DNA of 64,000 nt from a virus (taxonomy: Duplodnaviria; Caudoviricetes): the IMG/VR virus record IMGVR_UViG_3300034062_006701; one strand, written 5' to 3'. Shown here piece after piece: positions 19,814 through 27,676 of this stretch. The position numbers and the translations under genes are program-made. Below the pieces are notes generated by a model. It was not told the origin of the DNA, searched no databases, and saw only the letters and a list, made by a program, of their open reading frames with translations. Within the stretch, counting starts at the first letter, position 1, and each line of letters opens with the position of its first letter.

Positions 19814-20679
19814 TAATCAAGTCCCTTGAGGAGATCATTAATATCATCATCATCAAGACTCGCAGGTACTGGTGCTTCCTTTACTGCGGGTGGTTGAGCG
19901 ACGGGTTTTTCAATAATACGAGGTTGTGATTGAGTCTCGGTATTAGATTCTGTAGTAACCACATCTTCATTACAGTGATAGTGTAGATTAAGTGTCTCCT
20001 TTAATTCATCGTAGCTCTTAACCGCGAGGTATGATTCAAGATCAAAAACGTTACCGTAAATTTCATCGTACGAATCAGAATCTAATCCTGTAACCGCTTT
20101 AGGTAGAGCAAATTTAGATGAAACGTAAGTTGGAAAATCACCCTGCTTCTCTACCTTAATTCTAAGGCTACAACCAGCAGGGGAAAGATCAAAAATTCTC
20201 GGACCAAAATCCGCTGCATCGTCACCCTCAATGGCATCCATAATAATCTTGTTGAGCTGGCGACCAAATCGGAGAATTTTAATTTGACCGTTATTTTCTG
20301 GCTTAGTAGGATCGTTCTCTACGTAGACATTAACCATCCAATTTTCCTTACGATTCAACGCCTGTGCCTTCGCTTTATCTTCTTCTGTTCCTGATCGGCG
20401 AATACGATAACCTTCTTCCGCGATCGGATCGCGTTGATTCCACGTCGTAGGACTAACAACGTTAATCAACTTACCATCTGCAAAGCTTTTCCAGCTATAT
20501 GAATAGTAATGCAAAAATGTCTTATTAGGGTCCTTAACGTTAGGCAATATACGTACAGTATATGTATTACCGGCTTCAGTTCTAAGGAAGTCCTTAAATT
20601 TTGTATTGGTGTTTTCGGTTTGCTTCGTAAGAGCAGATTTAATGCTATCGAACATTGATGATGTGAATGAGGTGGTCAT
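19813..20679 (-). CDS. gp32: Single-stranded DNA-binding protein
   Basis: 'YTVRILP', 'NVYVENDP..PENNGQIKILRFG', 'GCSLRIKV...FPTY..SKF' and acidic tail 'DDDDINDLLKGLD'. Confidence 0.9.
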   Translation of the reverse strand: MTTSFTSSMFDSIKSALTKQTENTNTKFKDFLRTEAGNTYTVRILPNVKDPNKTFLHYYSYSWKSFADGKLINVVSPTTWNQRDPIAEEGYRIRRSGTEEDKAKAQALNRKENWMVNVYVENDPTKPENNGQIKILRFGRQLNKIIMDAIEGDDAADFGPRIFDLSPAGCSLRIKVEKQGDFPTYVSSKFALPKAVTGLDSDSYDEIYGNVFDLESYLAVKSYDELKETLNLHYHCNEDVVTTESNTETQSQPRIIEKPVAQPPAVKEAPVPASLDDDDINDLLKGLD

Positions 20680-20707
20680 ATTTTTATTTTATAATAGGTT
20701 GGTTAGT

Positions 20708-21382
20708 TTAATTTTCAAGTTTATTTTCAAGTTTATTTTTTAGTTTTTGTATACCGGCTTTAACTAAGATCTTAGCTGTTTTACTTGCGAAGAACTTTAA
20801 TCTAAACGTAGGTATATTGTTTAGGAATTCAATACCAAGTATAAACTCTAAAATATCGTTATCAACTAATTTTAATTGTTTATCAAATTGCGTGAACCCT
20901 AAAAGACAATAAACATTTACTCTATGTTCCTTGAGATGCAAGATAAAAGATGGTGTGTTATTACTTCGGTGTGTTATGTAATCGTCTATCTCAATGTCGT
21001 TGTCGTGACAGTAATTCGATATATATTTCAATGACTCTACTATATTAGTCAATTGCTCAGGAGCATCAGGATCGAGAAAAAGTTTTTTTCTTTGGTAAAG
21101 TGTATACGCTTTTGTTGCTTTAAGGGTAGTGTAGTATTCTATATCAAAGTAACTTTCATCAGGGTATATAACATAAGGAGCTTTAATAAAATCGTCCAAT
21201 GATATGTGGCTATGCTTTGTTAAAAATATTGAGATTTTTTTTAACTGTCTAATTATAACAGGGTCGATATTACTAAAATCTTTTCTGAACTTAAAGGGTT
21301 GTGATCTTTGAGATCGGGAAATTCTTAAATGAGTATTATAAATGTGCTGATCAAAATCTGTCAGGCTAAGTGCTACATCCAT
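20708..21382 (-). CDS. Hypothetical protein, possible gp59-like helicase loader
   Basis: Lies between gp41 and gp32; helical, about 220 aa; only weak resemblance. Confidence 0.35.
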   Translation of the reverse strand: MDVALSLTDFDQHIYNTHLRISRSQRSQPFKFRKDFSNIDPVIIRQLKKISIFLTKHSHISLDDFIKAPYVIYPDESYFDIEYYTTLKATKAYTLYQRKKLFLDPDAPEQLTNIVESLKYISNYCHDNDIEIDDYITHRSNNTPSFILHLKEHRVNVYCLLGFTQFDKQLKLVDNDILEFILGIEFLNNIPTFRLKFFASKTAKILVKAGIQKLKNKLENKLEN

Positions 21383-21385
21383 TTA

Positions 21386-21709
21386 TTAGATGGTAATCTT
21401 CTTTTTTGAGGAATTCAAGTATTTCATTACATATTTGCTTTTATATAGACCAGGATCAAACATCGTAAATGCTTGTACAACAGCGAAATCACTATTTATA
21501 TCACAATATATTTTAAATAAATCTCGTAATTCTTTTTTTTGAAGGATAAGTAAAAACACATTTGCTATATTCAATTTTTTTGCGTTTATTAATGTAAGAA
21601 ATGAACAAAATGAGAGGAATAAGTGTTCATACTCATAGTTTATTAATGTGCTGTTTATATTATCAGGCTTCACTAGATAACTAATTATCAGAAGCCTTAT
21701 AAAAATCAA
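21386..21709 (-). CDS. Hypothetical protein (start uncertain)
   Basis: Fills the gap in the replication operon. Confidence 0.5.
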   Translation of the reverse strand: MIFIRLLIISYLVKPDNINSTLINYEYEHLFLSFCSFLTLINAKKLNIANVFLLILQKKELRDLFKIYCDINSDFAVVQAFTMFDPGLYKSKYVMKYLNSSKKKITI

Positions 21710-21711
21710 TG

Positions 21712-23028
21712 TTATTCACTTGATAGAGAAGCGAGTGCATTAATAGTTGATGCACTCGCTGCAGTATCGTTTATATGCTCATCCTCACTCAATGTCAGTG
21801 TTGAATAATCTATGCGCATAATGCATTGCCCGAAATTTGGTCCGAACCGATTTTTCATCATCCCCATTTTAATTACACCTAATTCACGGTCTGTCGGCTC
21901 CTGCCATATACTCATAAGGACATCAGCTGTGTGAGCAAGCCCCATACTCTCTGAAATAGTATTCATGCCTGGATCTGATGTACCATACCCGCTTCGGTTA
22001 AGCTGAGTCGCGGAGATGATAGGGCAATTAAAGATATATGTAAGTGACCGTAGTTGTTCGGTTATTTTTTTAACCTTTTCATAACTATTACTTTCACCGG
22101 GGTAGTGAAGTAGATTGACGTAGTCGAGTACAATCGCGTCAAATTTCATACCCTTATTTCGTAATTTCTTAATATACGATTGAAGAAATCCGACAGTAAT
22201 AGATGAAGGCGGAAACTCTTTAATTAAAATTTTAGCCTCAGGATTACCGGAAGCGTACTCTTCAAGAGCGTTCTTTAATGTTGGTACTTCTGTTTTAATT
22301 TTACTGAGAGGTATTTTTGTTATATTTGAGCTTAGTCTCTGCGCATATATCATTTCAGGCATTTCAAGTGAAATAAGTAACACACTCTTTCCTTGCTTTG
22401 CAATATTAATTGCTACATTACCGAGAAAAATACTCTTACCAATATTCGTTTCACCTGTAAACACATACATTGCTCTACCTTCCTGAAGAAACCCTCCACC
22501 TATTCTTTCATCTAACCACGTCCAGCCTGTTGGGATAAAATTAACTTGTGAATTTAGATTATCGGCAATTGCATCTACTTCGTTAAACAGATCTAATCCA
22601 ACTTCTGTCGTTAGAGAAATATTACAAGCAACTTCAAACTTTTCTAAAACTTGCGTTGTATCCATGTCTGGCTTCTCAACGACTTCAAGCATTGTATGAT
22701 ACACAGCTTTTTCCTTTAGAAAAGTTTCTGTATTTTGATACAGCTCATCAGTGTTAATATTTTTATCTATACCCTTAAATCCTTCGACGGTCCTTTTAAA
22801 GGAATCTTTGAGCTCTGTTGTTGTAAGACAGGCCTTTATTTCTGTTAACGTTGGGCATGTATTGCGCCTATTAAAAAAATCTTTTATAATTTCAAAAACC
22901 GGTTTAATGTCCTTATCCTTAAAGTAAGCCGGTTTCACATAATCAACGATAGAAGCAAGATACGTCTCGTCTGTTAGTGCTCTATGCACCATGACCTTTT
23001 CAAAATAATCGTGATCAATCTTTGACAT
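21712..23028 (-). CDS. gp41: Replicative DnaB-like helicase
   Basis: 'GETNIGKS', 'ISLEMPE', 'IVLDYVNL', 'SATQLNRSG', 'KNRFG'. Confidence 0.95.
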   Translation of the reverse strand: MSKIDHDYFEKVMVHRALTDETYLASIVDYVKPAYFKDKDIKPVFEIIKDFFNRRNTCPTLTEIKACLTTTELKDSFKRTVEGFKGIDKNINTDELYQNTETFLKEKAVYHTMLEVVEKPDMDTTQVLEKFEVACNISLTTEVGLDLFNEVDAIADNLNSQVNFIPTGWTWLDERIGGGFLQEGRAMYVFTGETNIGKSIFLGNVAINIAKQGKSVLLISLEMPEMIYAQRLSSNITKIPLSKIKTEVPTLKNALEEYASGNPEAKILIKEFPPSSITVGFLQSYIKKLRNKGMKFDAIVLDYVNLLHYPGESNSYEKVKKITEQLRSLTYIFNCPIISATQLNRSGYGTSDPGMNTISESMGLAHTADVLMSIWQEPTDRELGVIKMGMMKNRFGPNFGQCIMRIDYSTLTLSEDEHINDTAASASTINALASLSSE

Positions 23029-23054
23029 TCACTCTATAATATTACCTTATGCTA

Positions 23055-23735
23055 TTAATAGCTAGCATACTCTTGTAAAAACTTTGATTGGTTTTCAACG
23101 AATGTTTTATCATTAATATCTCTCAACCCAGGTGAATTATGGTACGATAAAATCGGTACAACTCCAATCTTAAGTTTTTTCTTATTAGCGTCTATGCAAC
23201 TCGAGATATCGTAATGGTGAAATGTATAGTTCTCGTTGAACATCCATTTTACTTCTTTAGTTTTGTTGACGTTAACCGACATAAATGCACCATCAATTAT
23301 TGCAACTCTTGCAGGACTTGGTCCGAAATTTGTTATAGATGTTGTTACACCATCTGGTAGGTAATGACCTGCAAAGCCTCTTAAATTATTACCATGAAAG
23401 CCTCCGCACATGATATGCCATAGCGCTGGAGCTTTAATAACGGGGTTTAAACCCCCGGCTAAACCAATGATATCGTATTGCTTGTGACCTTCTTCAAGTT
23501 TTGTGAGAAAGCCTGCATCATCAATCCACATATCATCATGGATAAATAGAATTTGTGAGTAGTTCTTAGTAAGAAATTTATTGTACGCCTCCGATAAGCC
23601 TGTTTTATTTTTTGTAACAAATTGCAGTTTATCTAAGAACATTCCACTATTAGACTTCTCGAGTTTAGCGAGGCTTTTATAAAGAAGGGTTTCCTTATAG
23701 TCAGAGTGTTGTGTGCATGAGACAATAGCTATCAT
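23055..23735 (-). CDS. GT-A (family 2-like) glycosyltransferase domain
   Basis: 'GLSEAYN...ILFIHDD...YDIIGLAG...IDGAFM...FHHYDIS.C' pattern; ATGA overlap with the upstream amidotransferase. Confidence 0.7.
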   Translation of the reverse strand: MIAIVSCTQHSDYKETLLYKSLAKLEKSNSGMFLDKLQFVTKNKTGLSEAYNKFLTKNYSQILFIHDDMWIDDAGFLTKLEEGHKQYDIIGLAGGLNPVIKAPALWHIMCGGFHGNNLRGFAGHYLPDGVTTSITNFGPSPARVAIIDGAFMSVNVNKTKEVKWMFNENYTFHHYDISSCIDANKKKLKIGVVPILSYHNSPGLRDINDKTFVENQSKFLQEYASY

Positions 23736-24418
23736 ATAATAAAAAAGGGTGAATTCTTAATAAAACCGCCAACGGATGTTAATCCTTCCGGAGTTAACAA
23801 ATACAATACACCTTCTTCGAGTGGTTCAAGGTTGTTGTCTGGTAGTGAAGAAAAATCATTCGTAAGGAGGTTAGCATATAATGTACTGCCAGAGCGTGCA
23901 ATATAAATGTTATGTGATGTTTTACTATATATCCAGAGTCCGAATGTACCTTCAAGCTTCGATAGTGCTGTGCATATTACTTCAACTTCATTTCCCGGAC
24001 ACTGTTCTGAATATTTTTCAATTAAAGCAGGTATTACTGATGAGTCCACTTCATTGTATTTTGAAGTATCCTTTATAAGGGCTTTAAGCTTTAAATCATT
24101 AGTCAAAACACCATTATGTGCAACTACCCATTCTCCGCAATAAAATGGATGAGAAGTACTTTCATCAAAGATGCGCTTTGCGCTTGTCGGCGCCTGGGTG
24201 TGTCCGAGATAGAAATAGAAATCTGATGGCTTCATCTGAATATCACTGTTGTTTATAGTCATATTCTTTGACAGCTCGATAGCTCCTTCTTTCTTTATAC
24301 ATGCATCATACGTGTGGCTAAGAAATAAACCGCCGTATGCGAAGGTACCTCGTTCTCTACCCTTTTGATACAGCTTCGAATATACATTAAAATTTGCACT
24401 TCCAAAAATTGAACACAT
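23732..24418 (-). CDS. Class II (Ntn) glutamine amidotransferase, stand-alone
   Basis: N-terminal Met-Cys ('MCSIFG'), 'GHTQAPT', 'HPF', 'AHNGV', 'DS', 'LEGTF'. Confidence 0.9.
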   Translation of the reverse strand: MCSIFGSANFNVYSKLYQKGRERGTFAYGGLFLSHTYDACIKKEGAIELSKNMTINNSDIQMKPSDFYFYLGHTQAPTSAKRIFDESTSHPFYCGEWVVAHNGVLTNDLKLKALIKDTSKYNEVDSSVIPALIEKYSEQCPGNEVEVICTALSKLEGTFGLWIYSKTSHNIYIARSGSTLYANLLTNDFSSLPDNNLEPLEEGVLYLLTPEGLTSVGGFIKNSPFFII

Positions 24419-24427
24419 CTTAATAAT

Positions 24428-24455
24428 ATTATACTGTTAAGAATAAATAATTCAA
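24428..24455. promoter_or_regulatory. Interleaved early (minus) and late (plus) promoters
   Basis: Minus strand TTGAAT-16-TATAAT for gat; plus-strand TAAATA (24444-24449) lies inside its spacer. Confidence 0.7.
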
Positions 24456-24459
24456 GCAT

Positions 24460-25338
24460 ATGAATACAGACGTTAACCTTATTTTTGAAGCTTATAGAAA
24501 TAATATTCTCGGTGAAATGGCCTTACAGGTAAAAGATAAGACAAACGCTGAAAAATCACTTATAGATGCGATTACACACGGCATTGAAACAAGAACCGGT
24601 GATACCTATCTTTTTAAGGGACTACAGGGAGAAGAGTTAAAGCAGAGGGTAGAAGAGTTAGTTGTACCTATCATCAGAGACCTCTTCCAGGATGGCGTGT
24701 ATGCAGGTCGTTCAAGTGGAGATCTTAAAGAGTTAGAATATGATCTTCTCGAGAAGTTAGCGGCTTCAAACCCGAGAGCGAAGTCTCAGTATACAGCGAG
24801 AATTTTAAGAAGCTTTATCGCTAGCGTCGTTGATGAGGTTGAAGGTTCTGTAGAGCAGGGCGAAACAATAGAAAATGCTTCCGATGATATCGCAGACGCT
24901 GTTGTTGACGGGGCAGAGAAGTCAGACGAAATTGCTCAGTCAGAAGCTCCAAGTGATTCAGAACAAGAACCGGTAGCAGCTCCATCAGACCGTATTACAA
25001 CAAGAATTGAAAAACTAATCGCTGATCTCGTTGATGATTCAGGTGTTCTCGAGACAGGTGTCGTTAAGGACGTGGGGCAGCAAATTCTTGATAGCGGTGG
25101 TCTTGGTCTTCAGGAGGGTCAAATTACCGGTAAGGTTAAAGCTATCGTCAATGACCTCGTTAAAAAGCAGGTATTTGAAAGAAAGGGCCAGTATTTAAAG
25201 CTCGGCAGTAATTTTGAAAAATTCGAGCAAGGTGGTAGTGACTCTTCTGTTTTATCCGATGAAGATTTAATAACTACTGTCACTGGCTACGGTCAACGAC
25301 CAACATCAGGTCGCGAGTTCTGGGGTGGACAAGAATAA
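24460..25338 (+). CDS. Acidic hypothetical late protein
   Basis: TAAATA 10 nt upstream; inserted on the opposite strand between gat and queC. Confidence 0.7.
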   Translation: MNTDVNLIFEAYRNNILGEMALQVKDKTNAEKSLIDAITHGIETRTGDTYLFKGLQGEELKQRVEELVVPIIRDLFQDGVYAGRSSGDLKELEYDLLEKLAASNPRAKSQYTARILRSFIASVVDEVEGSVEQGETIENASDDIADAVVDGAEKSDEIAQSEAPSDSEQEPVAAPSDRITTRIEKLIADLVDDSGVLETGVVKDVGQQILDSGGLGLQEGQITGKVKAIVNDLVKKQVFERKGQYLKLGSNFEKFEQGGSDSSVLSDEDLITTVTGYGQRPTSGREFWGGQE

Positions 25339-25344
25339 TTCGAT

Positions 25345-26043
25345 CTAGTCGATTAACTTCTCCCATGGAATACTCTTTGAATAAGAGAGTGGGTCTCTAG
25401 TTCCTGCTTGTATAAACCCTTGAAGGCGTAAAGAGCAAGCCGTGCATTCACCGCACGCTGTGTCAGTACCTTCATAACAAGTCCATGTCTGGTTAAAATC
25501 AACGCCTAATGATATACCCATTTCAATAATTTCCTGCTTTGATTTTGTAATTAACGGTGCCTCTATATTAATTTTATTCATGCGATTTAACTTTATAACA
25601 TCGTTAATTGCATGAATAAATGAATCCGCACCATCCCAAAAACCTGCAACACTATCAGCCTGTGCGGCTCCGTGATAAACAGTACTTGCACCAAAGCTCT
25701 CTGCAAACGAGCATGCAATACTTAACAACATCATGTTTCTAAACGGTACATAATTTACTGTTTGCGCCTCGCCGCATACGTCTCTTGTCTTAGCTACATT
25801 AATACTGTGGTCAGTTAGTGACGATGCACCTATGTCCTTAAAAAATGGTAAGTTAATAATTTGATGCTTGCGGATTTTATCCTTTAAAGCATTTACCTGA
25901 AATTGTGCGCATTCGAGCTCTTTAATATGTCTCTGACCATAATCAAAAGAGATAGCATACACGTCGTCATAATTCGCAGCTGCATGGTGTAGTAACACAG
26001 TACTATCCATACCACCGGAAATTGGCACAACAACGCCGCTCAT
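25345..26043 (-). CDS. queC: 7-cyano-7-deazaguanine synthase
   Basis: 'SGGMDS', 'FDYGQRH', 'YVPFRN', 'TWTCY...CGEC.AC..R'. Confidence 0.95.
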   Translation of the reverse strand: MSGVVVPISGGMDSTVLLHHAAANYDDVYAISFDYGQRHIKELECAQFQVNALKDKIRKHQIINLPFFKDIGASSLTDHSINVAKTRDVCGEAQTVNYVPFRNMMLLSIACSFAESFGASTVYHGAAQADSVAGFWDGADSFIHAINDVIKLNRMNKINIEAPLITKSKQEIIEMGISLGVDFNQTWTCYEGTDTACGECTACSLRLQGFIQAGTRDPLSYSKSIPWEKLID

Positions 26044-27173
26044 TATTCTACTTCTGCCTCAACTGTATCATCCACAATCTCACTATCAGCTTGATGGTAT
26101 CTGTAATCTTCCTTAAGAGCTTTATCGAGCGCAGGTATTATAAATTCTTCATAAAAATTTGCATCTTTAGTAAAGTTTTTGGCATACCCGAGCTTATCAC
26201 CTTTCTTATACTTACCACCATCAACACCAATTGTGTATGTTGCACCGTTTTGTTCTACAATACCACGTGAAGCAGCCATTGCGAGAAGACCGCTATACTT
26301 ATTGAGGCCTGACTTAAATGAGAGATACATTTCAATCTCAAGAAATTGAGGAATAAATCGGTTCTTTGCAGTTAATGCACGGAGAGTTACTCCACTGTAT
26401 TTGTTGGCTTCTGATAGTTTTTCATCTTCAACGTTAGAGAACTCACCTTCACCGGCTTTCTCATTTCTCTTCGCAAGCTGTACTAGGATGCTCGCCATAT
26501 AAACCGGGCCAGATCCGCCAGCCTGTGACTTAATCAACGATGGATACATCGCTGCAGGGTCAGAATATGTATGATTAACAAATAATATTGTTGTTTGCGC
26601 TTTTGCAGCCTTATAGGTTAGTGTTCGAAGCATCGATTTCAATGCTTTAGCGCGCATACCCATATCCACCGCAGACTTGTCCTTCAATGCGTCGTCAAGT
26701 TCCTTTTGTGATGCTAGATTACCCAGACTATCAATGCAGATTATTATCTTACCATGTTGGTTATTCGCTATCACTTTATCTAAAAGTGCTGATACTTGAT
26801 TACGACACTTCTCGATTGTATCGATTGGTACGTATTTCACTCTTTCAGGATCAAGACCTACACCGCGTACAGAGTTTTTATCAACAGCGATCTCAGAGTC
26901 AAAAATAACCGGGATAACACCCTTTTTCTGAGCGTTTGCAAGAATCTTACCTGTAATGAGAGTTTTACCTGTACCGGATTCACCGCTAAAGCCTATAATT
27001 CTACCCTTAGGTACTCCGCCATTTCGAAGATCACCAGTAAGAATAGCATTTAAGGCATAGCACCCTGTATCAAAGCATTCAGTAAAGTTACTAAGAGCGT
27101 TTTCAGAGAGAAAACATGCATCTGAATTATGCTCGTCAATGATTGCTAGAGTCTTGAGTAGGTCTTTATCCAT
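26043..27173 (-). CDS. uvsX: RecA-like recombinase
   Basis: 'GESGTGKT', 'FDSE', 'IDSLGNL', 'NHTY', 'AGGSG', 'KNRF'. Confidence 0.93.
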   Translation of the reverse strand: MDKDLLKTLAIIDEHNSDACFLSENALSNFTECFDTGCYALNAILTGDLRNGGVPKGRIIGFSGESGTGKTLITGKILANAQKKGVIPVIFDSEIAVDKNSVRGVGLDPERVKYVPIDTIEKCRNQVSALLDKVIANNQHGKIIICIDSLGNLASQKELDDALKDKSAVDMGMRAKALKSMLRTLTYKAAKAQTTILFVNHTYSDPAAMYPSLIKSQAGGSGPVYMASILVQLAKRNEKAGEGEFSNVEDEKLSEANKYSGVTLRALTAKNRFIPQFLEIEMYLSFKSGLNKYSGLLAMAASRGIVEQNGATYTIGVDGGKYKKGDKLGYAKNFTKDANFYEEFIIPALDKALKEDYRYHQADSEIVDDTVEAEVE

Positions 27174-27180
27174 ATCACAT

Positions 27181-27208
27181 ATTGTAGTATATCAAATAAT
27201 GTAATCAA
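27181..27208 (-). promoter_or_regulatory. Sigma70-type promoter (uvsX-queC)
   Basis: TTGATT-16-TACAAT, 7 nt upstream of the ATG. Confidence 0.7.
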
Positions 27209-27209
27209 C

Positions 27210-27246
27210 AAAAAAAAAAACACCCGTAGCTATAGCTACGGGTGTT
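27210..27246 (-). terminator. Rho-independent terminator for the pol operon
   Basis: Perfect 28 bp palindrome at 27219-27246 followed on the minus strand by an 11-T run. Confidence 0.9.
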
Positions 27247-27272
27247 AATCTGGTTTCGATTCAGATTACGAA

Positions 27273-27638
27273 TTACTCTTCATCAAAAAGTCGCACTACC
27301 TGTGGCTCATCTGACGTAACGAGCGATGAAGGTGCAGCGAAGAGCTTTGTGTACTGCTCTACAAGACGTGGATCGTTGTCAACGTCTACACCAAGAACGA
27401 CGCTCGAATAATGGTACTTCCATACCGTTCCATTTTCCTTTGACTTCTCACCAACAAATTCACGGAAGTAGAGAGGAATCGTCTGAACGTTAAGCTGTCC
27501 CTGTTGTGTTGGCTGAACGTGAATAATAGCGGGATTCTTTACGGTAAAAGAATGTCCGTTATCAACGTCGCTACCAAACTCACCAATAATGGTGCGGCCA
27601 ATGTGATCGATAAATGTAATAAGATTTGTATTGCTCAT
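27273..27638 (-). CDS. Hypothetical protein (possible Sm-like fold)
   Basis: 'GRTIIGE...VKNPAII.VQ...GQL...P' small beta-barrel pattern; TTGATT/TAATAT promoter upstream. Confidence 0.65.
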   Translation of the reverse strand: MSNTNLITFIDHIGRTIIGEFGSDVDNGHSFTVKNPAIIHVQPTQQGQLNVQTIPLYFREFVGEKSKENGTVWKYHYSSVVLGVDVDNDPRLVEQYTKLFAAPSSLVTSDEPQVVRLFDEE

Positions 27639-27676
27639 ATGTCGTATATATTATATATGCATAATCGAAAAATCAA

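Noticed and set aside
25081-25110. 'ILDSGG' in the 24460 ORF, resembling the TGT/DpdA DSGG motif
   Set aside because: The context is acidic and helical with a winged-helix-like end; no TIM-barrel pattern or other TGT motifs; late promoter
27210-27246. Perfect 28 bp palindrome as an operator or mobile-element end
   Set aside because: Fully explained as an intrinsic terminator (T-run on the minus strand at the end of the pol operon)
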